Assembly (NCBI GenBank): GCA_963781585.1
Contig: CAWAGQ010000005.1
Coordinates: 352,001 to 416,000 of the forward strand
Source: an uncultured Gemmatimonadaceae bacterium
Lineage (GTDB): Bacteria; Gemmatimonadota; Gemmatimonadetes; Gemmatimonadales; Gemmatimonadaceae
DNA: 64,000 nucleotides
Direction of reading: 5' to 3'
Shown here piece by piece: positions 37,074 through 46,477 of the stretch (positions are counted from its first letter, which is position 1; each line of letters opens with the position of its first letter). The notes under the pieces were generated by a model. It worked only from the letters and a program-made list of their open reading frames with translations, searched no databases and was not told the origin of the DNA. Made by a program: the position numbers and the translations under genes.

Positions 37074-37289
37074 CCCCGAACAGGAGCACGACCCAGGCTG
37101 CCCTCCGTAGTCCTGGTGGTACACGCAATACCCGAGGCGCGCCGCGGAGGAGTCGGAAAACCCGGCGAGCCGCACGGATGTACTCGCGCGCAGTGCCGAT
37201 TCGCGCTACACTGTGCCCCATCCTGTCCGCTTCCGCTTGGCAGCATTCCGCTATCGCTGCAGGAAAGAGCTGGCATCAGGAGGTGCGCC

Positions 37290-37622
37290 ATGCAATCCGT
37301 AGTCGTCGAATGGCTGGATCGTATCGGAAAGACGGCCTTCACCTACTCGGCGTGGAGCTTCGTCCTCCTCAACGGATTCGGTATCGCGATGGTGGCGCTG
37401 AAGCGCGACCGTGCGATGGTGAATCGGTGGACGTCGCGATTCCTGGCCGTGAACGGACTGTTGCTGGGCACCGGGCTTGGCGTTCCCATCGTCACCCTGG
37501 CGATGCGGAGCGCGATCGTCGCGATCACACCGGCGTTGCACATCCGATTGAGCGCTGCCGACGCGCGGGACAGCGATGGGTCGGCGAGCGTGGACCAGAC
37601 AGCCGTGCCACGCCAGCCGTGA
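37290..37622 (+). CDS. Hypothetical two-TM membrane protein
   Basis: AGGAGG RBS before the ATG; two hydrophobic segments. Confidence 0.65.
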   Translation: MQSVVVEWLDRIGKTAFTYSAWSFVLLNGFGIAMVALKRDRAMVNRWTSRFLAVNGLLLGTGLGVPIVTLAMRSAIVAITPALHIRLSAADARDSDGSASVDQTAVPRQP

Positions 37623-37668
37623 GCACCAGCTGGACACGGGCCCACGCCGCTTCGGTGGCCGGGTTCCG

Positions 37669-38175
37669 GTGACGCTGAGCCTCACATCGCCGGCGTTTCG
37701 GCATGGGGAAGCCATTTCCCCGGAATACACGTGCGATGGGGAAGGCGGCAGCCCGCCGCTCGCCTGGCGCGATGCGCCGCAAGGAACACGAACGTTCGCC
37801 CTGATCGTGGACGATCCGGACGCGCCGGATCCGGCGGCGCCCAAGGGCGCGTACGTGCACTGGGTCCTCTATGACATTCCGGTGGTCACGATGCATCTGG
37901 CGCCGGGCGCAGGAAACATCGCTGCGCCGGCAGGGAGCCGGGACGGTAAGAATGACGGCGGGCGCACGGGGTATGCCGGCCCCTGTCCGCCGATCGGCCG
38001 CCACCGCTATTGCTTTCGCCTGTACGCGCTGGATGCTGCGTTAGGCGATCGACGGGAGCCGACGAAGTCGGACATCCTGAAGGCGATGGAGGGTCACATT
38101 CTGGCGCAGGCGGAGCTGGTCGGCACCTACGCACGGGGCGGTGGCGGGAAACACGCTTCCCTCGGCTTGCCGTAG
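37669..38175 (+). CDS. YbhB/YbcL family PEBP (Raf kinase inhibitor-like) protein
   Basis: LTSPAF, YTCDG, SPPLAW, DDPDAP, VHWVLY, YAGPCPPIGRHRY. Confidence 0.93.
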   Translation: MTLSLTSPAFRHGEAISPEYTCDGEGGSPPLAWRDAPQGTRTFALIVDDPDAPDPAAPKGAYVHWVLYDIPVVTMHLAPGAGNIAAPAGSRDGKNDGGRTGYAGPCPPIGRHRYCFRLYALDAALGDRREPTKSDILKAMEGHILAQAELVGTYARGGGGKHASLGLP

Positions 38176-38293
38176 CCCGCGAAATCCTGCATCGTCTGTG
38201 GCCGCCGGCGGGCGGCCTGGCGCACCGCATTCCCGCGTCGCGCCGGCACGGCAGGCCTGGGGTTCTGTCAATTCGGGAGTTGATGGAGAGCGT

Positions 38294-39253
38294 ATGTCGA
38301 TACGGTTGATGCGGCTGCTGTTCCTCGGCGTGGTGCTGGCGGCGTGCGACAAGGCGCCAGCCACGCGTGCCGGTGAGCCGGACACGGGAATCGCTCTGGC
38401 GCGTTCGTCGCGCGCCAAGGACTCGCTCATCCGCGTGAAGGACAGCGTGATCGCAGAGAAGTCGCGTCAGCTCAGTCTGCAGAGCCAGCTCATTGGCGAC
38501 GCCGCCACGAGTGCGCGGCTCGTCTCCGAGATCGACCGCGACCTTTCGGCGGTCCGCGGACTGCGGGTGAGCGGCGATTCGCTGAAGATCGAGGGCGCGG
38601 TCCCGAACGCGTCGGAGCAGCTGGCCCGGGTCCAGAAGAAGGTGACGGCGCTGCTGAGCCGGCTCGCCGCGAGTGAAGCGCGGGTGCGCCGGATGCGCGC
38701 CGACAGCACCACGCACGCGTCGCAGGACTCCACGGTTGCGGCCCAGCTGCGCGACTACGAGCGCCTGATCGCCGACTTGCGCGCCACGGGCGATCGCCAG
38801 CGACAGGAGATCGCGGTGCTGACGCAGCAGGTGGACAGTGTGGCCAGGGTGGCGGCCGAGCTGACGACACGCAACGAGGCGATCACCGCCCAGAACGAGG
38901 CGATGGCGGCGCACGAGGATTCGGTGTTCGTGGTGATCGGCACGGAGAAGGAGCTGATTCAGCGCGGGGTGGCCCGGAAGGAGGGCGGGAACAAGCTGTT
39001 GCTCGGCATGGGAAAGACCCTGGTGCCGGCGCGGTCGCTCGATCCGGCGGGATTCCGCGCGATCTCGAAGGCCCACGATCTCGAGATCGCGCTCCCGCGG
39101 GCAGACAAGAACTACGCCCTGGTCTCGCGGCAAAGCCTCGCGTACGTCGATCCGCCCAACCCGAAGGGTGGGGTGGTACGCGGGACGCTCCGGATCGCGG
39201 ATGCCGAGGCATTCTGGCGGGCCTCGAAGTTCCTGATTCTGGTGGAGCGGTGA
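38294..39253 (+). CDS. Coiled-coil lipoprotein
   Basis: LAAC lipobox; long heptad region; IGTEKEL..GV and FWRASKFLIL C-terminal domain. Confidence 0.75.
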   Translation: MSIRLMRLLFLGVVLAACDKAPATRAGEPDTGIALARSSRAKDSLIRVKDSVIAEKSRQLSLQSQLIGDAATSARLVSEIDRDLSAVRGLRVSGDSLKIEGAVPNASEQLARVQKKVTALLSRLAASEARVRRMRADSTTHASQDSTVAAQLRDYERLIADLRATGDRQRQEIAVLTQQVDSVARVAAELTTRNEAITAQNEAMAAHEDSVFVVIGTEKELIQRGVARKEGGNKLLLGMGKTLVPARSLDPAGFRAISKAHDLEIALPRADKNYALVSRQSLAYVDPPNPKGGVVRGTLRIADAEAFWRASKFLILVER

Positions 39254-39573
39254 CGCCGGCGGCCGGCACCGGGCTGCCGGACGACGCTGGACAGGCGGGG
39301 AGCTCCGATCGGGAGACGCGCCTGCGCGCGCTGGCGCAGGCGCGCTGGAAGGTCGCCGCCACGCTCACGGTGTGCATGGTGGCCGTGTACTTCGGCTTCA
39401 TCCTGCTGATCGCCTATGACAAGGCACTGCTGGCGACCCTGATCACGCCTGGGCTCACGCTGGGCATCCTGCTCGGCGCGCTGGTGATCGTGGTCGCCTG
39501 GCTGCTCACGTGGGTGTACGTGTGGTGGGCCAACGCCCACTACGATCGGGCCCTGCGGGATCTCGGGACGTAA
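39250..39573 (+). CDS. DUF485 (YjcH-like) membrane protein
   Basis: YFGFILLIAY, W.YV.WAN..YD; immediately upstream of actP. Confidence 0.88.
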   Translation: MTPAAGTGLPDDAGQAGSSDRETRLRALAQARWKVAATLTVCMVAVYFGFILLIAYDKALLATLITPGLTLGILLGALVIVVAWLLTWVYVWWANAHYDRALRDLGT

Positions 39574-39583
39574 CCAGCCGCCC

Positions 39584-41158
39584 GTGACCGCACTGTTGCA
39601 GTCCATTGTGCCGCAGCCGGTGACCCGGATCGGCGAGCCGAATCGGGTGGCGATGATCTTCTTCTTCGTCTTCATCGCCATCACGCTGCTGATCACGTAC
39701 TGGGCCGCGCGCCGGACACGGACCACCGAGGAGTTCTACGCCGCCGGGCGCACCGTCAGCGCCGGACAAAACGGGTTTGCGCTGGCCGGCGACTACATGA
39801 GCGCGGCGTCGTTCCTCGGGATCGCCGGGCTGGTGTCGACCAAGGGATTCGACGGGCTGATCTACTCCACCGGATGGCTGGTGGGGTGGCCGGTGGTGCT
39901 CTTCCTCATCGCCGAGCCGCTGCGCAACCTGGGCCGATACACATTCGCAGACGTGGTGGCGACCCGCCTGCGCCAGGGTCCGGTGCGGATGGCGGCCGCG
40001 CTCGGCACGCTGGCCACCGTCTCGCTGTATCTGATCGCGCAGATGGTGGGCGCGGGCGGGCTGATCAAGCTCATGTTCGGGCTGTCGTACGAGAGTGCGA
40101 TCGTGATCGTCGGATTGGCGATGATGGCCTACGTGCTGTTCGGGGGGATGATCGCCACTACGTGGGTGCAGATCGTCAAGGCGGCGCTGCTGCTGTGCGG
40201 CGCGGTGCTGCTGGCGCTGCTGGTCCTGGGTCGGTTCGGCATGAACCCGGTCGCGCTGTTCCGGGCGGCGGCGGCGTCGTATGGCGACGGCGTGCTGGCG
40301 CCCGGAGGACTGGTGTCGAAACCGCTCGATGCCGTTTCGTTAGGCATGGCGCTGATGTTCGGTACGGCGGGCCTGCCCCACATCCTGATGCGGTTCTATA
40401 CCGTTCCCGATGCGCGAGCGGCGCGGAAGTCGGTGTTCTACGCCACCGGGCTGATCGGGTTCTTCTATCTGATGACCTTCGTCCTCGGGTTCGGTGCCAT
40501 GGTGCTGGTCGGGCCGTCGGCGATCACGGCGGTGGACAAGGGCGGCAACATGGCGGCACCGCTGCTGGCGGAGGTGCTGGGGGGAACGCCGTTCCTGGGT
40601 TTCATCGCGGCGGTAGCGTTCGCGACCATTCTGGCGGTGGTGGCCGGACTGACTCTTTCCGGGGCCGCGGCGCTGTCACACGATCTGTGGGTGAGCGTGG
40701 TGCGTGGCGGGCGCGCCACCCCGCACGAACAGCTGCGCGTGGCGCGCATCGCGACGGTTCTGCTTGGAGGGCTGGCGATCTTCCTCGGGATCGCGTTCAA
40801 GGGGCAGAACGTGGCGTACATGGTGTCGCTGGCCTTCGCGATCGCCGCCAGCGGCAACTTCCCGGCGCTGCTCCTGTCGATCTACTGGCGCCGATGCACG
40901 ACCAGCGGTGTGGTGTCGAGCATGGTCGTGGGAACGGTTGCTTCGCTCGTGCTGATCTATCTCTCTCCCACGATTCAGGTGGACATCCTCAAACATGCGG
41001 CTGCTGCCTTTCCACTCCGAAATCCTGCGCTGGTGACAATTCCCCTGTCATTTCTCACGGCGATTGTCGTGTCGCTCCTCACCGGCGATCGAGCCACCCG
41101 CGATGCCTATTCGCGCGTGGAGCGGCAAATGCACGTGGGCGTGCAAGCGGAGGCGTGA
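39584..41158 (+). CDS. actP: Cation/acetate symporter (SSS family)
   Basis: QNGFALAGDYMSAASFLG, AEPLRNLGRYT, GTAGLPHILMRF, AFATILAVVAGL. Confidence 0.93.
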   Translation: MTALLQSIVPQPVTRIGEPNRVAMIFFFVFIAITLLITYWAARRTRTTEEFYAAGRTVSAGQNGFALAGDYMSAASFLGIAGLVSTKGFDGLIYSTGWLVGWPVVLFLIAEPLRNLGRYTFADVVATRLRQGPVRMAAALGTLATVSLYLIAQMVGAGGLIKLMFGLSYESAIVIVGLAMMAYVLFGGMIATTWVQIVKAALLLCGAVLLALLVLGRFGMNPVALFRAAAASYGDGVLAPGGLVSKPLDAVSLGMALMFGTAGLPHILMRFYTVPDARAARKSVFYATGLIGFFYLMTFVLGFGAMVLVGPSAITAVDKGGNMAAPLLAEVLGGTPFLGFIAAVAFATILAVVAGLTLSGAAALSHDLWVSVVRGGRATPHEQLRVARIATVLLGGLAIFLGIAFKGQNVAYMVSLAFAIAASGNFPALLLSIYWRRCTTSGVVSSMVVGTVASLVLIYLSPTIQVDILKHAAAAFPLRNPALVTIPLSFLTAIVVSLLTGDRATRDAYSRVERQMHVGVQAEA

Positions 41159-41302
41159 GCTTCGCTACTGCCCGGCGCACCGCGACCTGCGGTGGGCGCC
41201 GAACCAGCACCAGGATACTGGCGGATACGTCGCGCACGTGCTGTTTCCGGCACGTGACGGGCGTCGCCATCCCGTCCCGCCTTCATCGTTAACTTCCGCG
41301 CC

Positions 41303-43462
41303 ATGGTCGTTGATCGGACAAGGATTCCATACCTTCCGGAGCGCATCGAAGGCCTCGCCATCGTCGCCACGAATATCGCGTGGAGCTGGAACAGGGACGC
41401 CCGGCGCCTCTTCCAGCTCATCGATGACCCGCTCTGGCATCTCACGCGCCACAATCCGATCGCCATTTTCCGTCGGATCGACCCCCAGCGGTTGAACGAC
41501 TGCGCCCGGGACCCGGCGTTTCTCGAGCTCTACGACCGTGTGATGACGGAGCTCGATCTCCTTCGCACCACCCACGGCACGTGGATGGCACGCGAATATC
41601 CGGACATCGACCAGACACGACCGGTGGCGTACTTCTGCGCCGAGTTCGGGCTGCACAACTCGGTCCCGATCTACTCCGGAGGGCTGGGCGTGCTGGCCGG
41701 CGATCACTGCAAGAGCGCCTCCGATCTGGGTGTCCCGCTGACCGGTATCGGCCTGTTCTACACGAAGGGCTATTTCGACCAGCAATTGCGGCTGGACGGA
41801 TGGCAGGAGGACTCGGACGAGCAGTTCGACGTGATGAACACGCCGCTCGAACGGGTGTACGGCGCCGGTCGCGAGGCACACCTCACGAGTGTGCTCACCA
41901 GCGGCCGGGAGATCTTCATCGGCGCCTGGCGCATGCTGGTGGGGAGGGTGCCGGTGTACCTGCTCGACACCGATCTCGAACAGAATCACCCCGACGACCG
42001 CGAACTCACGTCGAAGCTGTACGCCGGCGGTCCCGAGGTCCGGCTGCGAACAGGAGTGGATCCTGGGTGTGGGCGGCGTGCGCGTGTTGCGGGCAATGGG
42101 CGTCGCTCCTGCGGCCTGGCATGCCAACGAAGGCCATGCGGCCTTCATGATGGTGGAGCGTGCGCGGGAACTGGTGGCGGCGGGCGACACCTTCGAGGGA
42201 GCCATGCGGGATGTGCGGGCGCGCTCGATCTTCACGACGCACACGCCGGTTCCAGCGGGCCACGACACGTTCTCGGTGGGGCAGGTGGAACAATGCACGG
42301 GCCGGTCTGGGAGACGCTGGGGGTGGACCGCGAGACGTTCTTCGCGATCGGCCGGCATCCGGAGCAGGCGCAGGATCAGTTTCACATGACGGTAGCAGCC
42401 ATCCGGATGTCGAAGTTCGTGAATGGCGTTTCACGGCGGCACGGTGAGGTTTCCCGCCAGCTCTGGGCGCCGCTCTGGCCGGGCCGTTCGGTGGAGGAGG
42501 TCCCTATCGGGTGCATCACCAACGGAGTGCATCTGGCCACCTGGATGACGCGGGACATGATGGGCCTGCTGGATGCGCAGTTCGGGGCCGACTGGGGGAG
42601 GCAGGTTGACGAGCCGCAGTTCTGGGACCGGATGCTGGAGCTGGACGACGAGCGGCTCTGGCAGTTGCGCACCGCACTGAAGTCGGCGCTCCTGAACTTC
42701 GTGCGCGAGGAGGCGCGGCGTCGCTGGGCGCGTCACTGGAAGGAGGCGACGCACGTGGTAGGCGCCGGGACGCTTCTCAACCCGAAGGCGTTCACGATCG
42801 GGTTCGCGCGACGATTCGCGACGTACAAGCGCGCGGACCTCATCTTCCGGGACATCGAACGCCTGCGGGTGCTGCTTGTGAACCCCGCGCGTCCGGTGCA
42901 GATCATCTTTGCCGGGAAGGCGCACCCGGCCGATACGCCGGGGAAAGAGGTGCTGCGCACGGTGTACGGATTCACACGCGACCCGCGGCTGGAAGGACGG
43001 GTGGCCTTTCTCGAGGACTACGAGCTCCATCTGGCGCATCGACTGGTGCAGGGCGTGGACCTCTGGCTCAACCTGCCACGGGTGCCATTCGAGGCGAGCG
43101 GGACGAGCGGCATGAAAGCGGGACTGAACGGCGTGCCGCAGGTCTCCACGCTCGACGGCTGGTGGCACGAGGGATACGAGGGACTCAACGGGTGGGCGAT
43201 CCCGCCGGCATCGTCGCGGTCGACGCCTGACGAGTGGGATGCCGATCAGCTGTATCGGCTGCTGGAAGAACAGGTTGTTCCGCTCTACTATACGCGAGAT
43301 GAGCGGGATGTCCCGGTGGGGTGGGTGGAGAAGATGAAGCACGCCATCCGCGTCGCGGGCCAGCAATTCACGGCCCGTCGCATGCTGCGTGAGTACGTGA
43401 CGCGGTGTTATGGGCCGGCCATGCGCGGCAATAACATCCCCGATGATCCGCCCGGAGGTTGA
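41303..43462 (+). CDS. glgP: Alpha-glucan phosphorylase, carrying two compensating frameshifts (about 42050 and 42301)
   Basis: YFCAEFG, YSGGLGVLAGD, ITNGVH, GFARRFATYKR, EASGTSGMK; the conserved QE..LG, NEGH and FTTHTPVPAGHD motifs lie in the +1 frame. Confidence 0.92.
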   Translation: MVVDRTRIPYLPERIEGLAIVATNIAWSWNRDARRLFQLIDDPLWHLTRHNPIAIFRRIDPQRLNDCARDPAFLELYDRVMTELDLLRTTHGTWMAREYPDIDQTRPVAYFCAEFGLHNSVPIYSGGLGVLAGDHCKSASDLGVPLTGIGLFYTKGYFDQQLRLDGWQEDSDEQFDVMNTPLERVYGAGREAHLTSVLTSGREIFIGAWRMLVGRVPVYLLDTDLEQNHPDDRELTSKLYAGGPEVRLRTGVDPGCGRRARVAGNGRRSCGLACQRRPCGLHDGGACAGTGGGGRHLRGSHAGCAGALDLHDAHAGSSGPRHVLGGAGGTMHGPVWETLGVDRETFFAIGRHPEQAQDQFHMTVAAIRMSKFVNGVSRRHGEVSRQLWAPLWPGRSVEEVPIGCITNGVHLATWMTRDMMGLLDAQFGADWGRQVDEPQFWDRMLELDDERLWQLRTALKSALLNFVREEARRRWARHWKEATHVVGAGTLLNPKAFTIGFARRFATYKRADLIFRDIERLRVLLVNPARPVQIIFAGKAHPADTPGKEVLRTVYGFTRDPRLEGRVAFLEDYELHLAHRLVQGVDLWLNLPRVPFEASGTSGMKAGLNGVPQVSTLDGWWHEGYEGLNGWAIPPASSRSTPDEWDADQLYRLLEEQVVPLYYTRDERDVPVGWVEKMKHAIRVAGQQFTARRMLREYVTRCYGPAMRGNNIPDDPPGG

Positions 43463-43502
43463 GCGGCAGGCGTGATGACCGAGGGTGAGGGGGAGACGGG
43501 CG

Positions 43503-45122
43503 ATGGCAGGGAAACGGAAGACTCCGGAGAGCGCACCAGGAGCACCGGAACGACCCCGTCGGCAGCGGCGGGCCCCGGCAGTCGTGCCCGTTGTGCCGGT
43601 GCCGCGTCCCGTAGTTCCTAACGAGTCTCCGCTGGTCGCCCCATCCGGCGAGCCGGTTACCGTGGTTCACCTTGCGGCTGAGCTCGCGCCCTTCGCGCGG
43701 ACCGGGGGCCTTGGCGAGGCGGTGTCGAGTCTGGCGCACTACCAGGCCCTGACCGGGCTCGCCGCGGTCATCGTGATGCCGTTGTACCGGCAGGTTCGGG
43801 ACGTGGTGTCCGACCTGGTTCCCGTGGGAGAGCCGTTCCCCGTGACGGTCGGGCCGCGAACCGAGCTGGCGCGGCTCTACGAGTCGCGGGCGCTCCAGTC
43901 GAACCCGGCGGAGGGCAAGCCGCGCATCCTGTTCGTCGAGAACGCGGAGTACTTCGACCGGGACCATATCTACGGAACGTCGCAGGGGGACTATCCGGAC
44001 AATCATCGGCGGTTCGCGTTCTTCTGCTTCGCCGCCCTGAACGCGCTCCCGTCGATTGCCGGGAAGCCGGTGATTCTCCACGCGCACGACTGGCATGCGG
44101 CTCTGGCGCCGGTGTACCTGCGCGTCTTCGACGGGGGTCCCGGGCGCGAGTTCTATCGAAACACGTCGTCGGTACTGACGGTGCATAACGCGGGTTTTCA
44201 GGGGCAGTTCGCGCCCGACGTACTCGCCGACCTGGGGCTTCCCTGGGAGCTGTACAATTTTGCCCAGCTGGAGTGGTACGGACGGGTGAACATCCTGAAG
44301 GGGGGCCTGGCATTCGCCGACGCCGTGTCTACGGTGAGCCCTACGCATGCGCACGAACTACGCACGCCGGCCGGCGGCTTCGGCCTGCACGACGCATTCA
44401 TCAGCCTGCGCGAGCGCTTCGTCGGTATCGTCAACGGCATCGATCAGCGCGAATGGAATCCGGAGACGGACCCCGTCATTACCAGTCGCTATAGCCGCGA
44501 GGACCTGTCGGGGAAGAAGCGATGCAAGAGTGCGCTTCAGCGGATCTTCGGGCTGCCACAGCGGTCGCGGGTGCCGATTTTCGGCATGAGCGCCCGAATG
44601 GTCTATCAGAAGGGCCTCGATCTCATTCTGGGCAGCCCCCGGTTCCTCTCGCTCGACGCACAGTTCCTGTTCCTGGGGCAGGGCGAGAAGCGGTACGTGG
44701 ATACGCTCACCGAGCTGGCGCTTCGGGCCCCGGGACGGATCGGCGTGCAGACCGATTTCACCAGTGTGCAGGAACATCGGTTGATGGCCGGCGCCGATGT
44801 GATCATCATGCCTTCGCAGTATGAGCCGTGCGGCCTTACCCAGATGCGGGCGCAGCGCTATGGCGCACTGCCGGTGGCGCGGCGTGTTGGCGGGCTGGCC
44901 GACACCATCGAGGACGGAGTCACCGGATTCCTTTTCGATGACTTCAGCACCAGCGATTTTCTTTCGGCGTGCGTGCGCGCGATCGACCACTACCAGCATC
45001 CCGCGACGTGGAATCCCATGCAGCGGGAAGCGATGTCGCGCGACTTCGGCTGGGAGCGATCGGAGCAGAAGTATCTGGAGCTGTACCGCCGGGTGCTGGC
45101 ATCGCCGCGATTCCGCCGGTGA
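43503..45122 (+). CDS. glgA: Glycogen/starch synthase (GT5)
   Basis: PFARTGGL, HAHDWH, TVHNAGFQG, NGID..W.P, QKG, EPCGLTQM, VGGLADT. Confidence 0.95.
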   Translation: MAGKRKTPESAPGAPERPRRQRRAPAVVPVVPVPRPVVPNESPLVAPSGEPVTVVHLAAELAPFARTGGLGEAVSSLAHYQALTGLAAVIVMPLYRQVRDVVSDLVPVGEPFPVTVGPRTELARLYESRALQSNPAEGKPRILFVENAEYFDRDHIYGTSQGDYPDNHRRFAFFCFAALNALPSIAGKPVILHAHDWHAALAPVYLRVFDGGPGREFYRNTSSVLTVHNAGFQGQFAPDVLADLGLPWELYNFAQLEWYGRVNILKGGLAFADAVSTVSPTHAHELRTPAGGFGLHDAFISLRERFVGIVNGIDQREWNPETDPVITSRYSREDLSGKKRCKSALQRIFGLPQRSRVPIFGMSARMVYQKGLDLILGSPRFLSLDAQFLFLGQGEKRYVDTLTELALRAPGRIGVQTDFTSVQEHRLMAGADVIIMPSQYEPCGLTQMRAQRYGALPVARRVGGLADTIEDGVTGFLFDDFSTSDFLSACVRAIDHYQHPATWNPMQREAMSRDFGWERSEQKYLELYRRVLASPRFRR

Positions 45123-45260
45123 ACGGGCAATGCATCGGTTTCAGGCGACTGTTGACCCGTGGCTGACGGCGATTGCCGCTGGCCATGACCTCGACGCCGG
45201 AAACATCAACGCAGGTCCCGCCGTCGGATCGGATGGCTTCCTTGAACGCGGGACGCTTCC

Positions 45261-46403
45261 ATGAAATGGTCGTGGCGAATCGGCCGCGTGGCCGGGATCG
45301 TGATCGAAATCCACGTCACGTTTCTCTTCCTGCTGCTGTGGATCGCACTCGTCGAGCAGCAGCGCGGTGGGACCGCGGCGTCCATCGCCGGGGCCCTGCT
45401 GTTCACGGTGGCGGTGTTCGTGTCCGTCGTGTTGCACGAATATGGCCACTCGCTCACCGCCCGACGTTTCGGCGTGCGGACGCGCAGCATCACGATCCTT
45501 CCCATCGGTGGTGTGTCGTCGCTCGAACGCATTCCGTCCGAGCCGCGTCAGGAACTGGCCATTGCCCTCGCCGGGCCGGCGGTAACGGTCGCCATCGTGG
45601 TGCTGTTGTTCCTGGTCCTCCTGGTCACCGGCCGGCCGGTCCTCGTGAAGGATCTGAGCTTCAGTGGTAGTCAGTTCCTGGCTCGGCTCATGTGGGTAAA
45701 CGTCGTGCTGGCGGTATTCAACGTCCTGCCGGCGTTCCCGATGGACGGTGGACGGGTGCTCCGCGCCGCGCTGGCGCTGCGGATGGAGTACGCCCGCGCC
45801 ACCAGAGTGGCCGCCACGATTGGGCGCGCATTCGCGGTCCTGTTCGCCATCGCAGGGTTCTTCAGCAATCCGTTTCTCGTCTTCATCGCGATCTTTGTCT
45901 GGATGGGCGCAACCGGCGAGAACTGGAGCGCACAGCTGCAATCGGCATTGCGCGGCTTGCCGGTGGAACGCGTGATGATCCGCGACCTTCGTACTCTTGC
46001 TCCGAACGACACGCTGGGACGTGCGGTGGAGCATCTCCTGGCCGGTTTCCAGCAGGACTTTCCGGTGCTCGACGGAGAGCACCTGGTAGGCGTATTGCCG
46101 CGCACCGATCTGATGAAGGCGTTGGCGCAGCGCGGCCCTGAAGCGCCGGTTCACGGGGCGATGCGCTCGGACTTCCCGATCGCTCATCCCGAAGAGCCGC
46201 TGGACGAGGCTTTTACGCGCCTGCAGCAGGCGAAATGCCATACGATGCCCGTGGTGAAGGGAGGCGTGCTGCAGGGGGTGCTGACGCTGGACAACGTGGG
46301 AGAATTCTTCATGGTGCAGGGGGCGGCGGGGAATCAGCGCGCGCGTTCCACAGGTCGGACGGCAGAGACCGGTCGCCGGCATCCTGCCGTCAGTCACCGG
46401 TAG
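45261..46403 (+). CDS. Site-2 protease (M50) with tandem CBS domains
   Basis: HEYGH, PIGG, AGP, FNVLPAFPMDGGR; C-terminal CBS pair. Confidence 0.93.
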   Translation: MKWSWRIGRVAGIVIEIHVTFLFLLLWIALVEQQRGGTAASIAGALLFTVAVFVSVVLHEYGHSLTARRFGVRTRSITILPIGGVSSLERIPSEPRQELAIALAGPAVTVAIVVLLFLVLLVTGRPVLVKDLSFSGSQFLARLMWVNVVLAVFNVLPAFPMDGGRVLRAALALRMEYARATRVAATIGRAFAVLFAIAGFFSNPFLVFIAIFVWMGATGENWSAQLQSALRGLPVERVMIRDLRTLAPNDTLGRAVEHLLAGFQQDFPVLDGEHLVGVLPRTDLMKALAQRGPEAPVHGAMRSDFPIAHPEEPLDEAFTRLQQAKCHTMPVVKGGVLQGVLTLDNVGEFFMVQGAAGNQRARSTGRTAETGRRHPAVSHR

Positions 46404-46477
46404 GCGCTGATGGGCGGTTACCGATCAGTGGGCGATCCTTGATCTTTCGCCCCTGATGATTGGCCGCTGGTTCCCAG

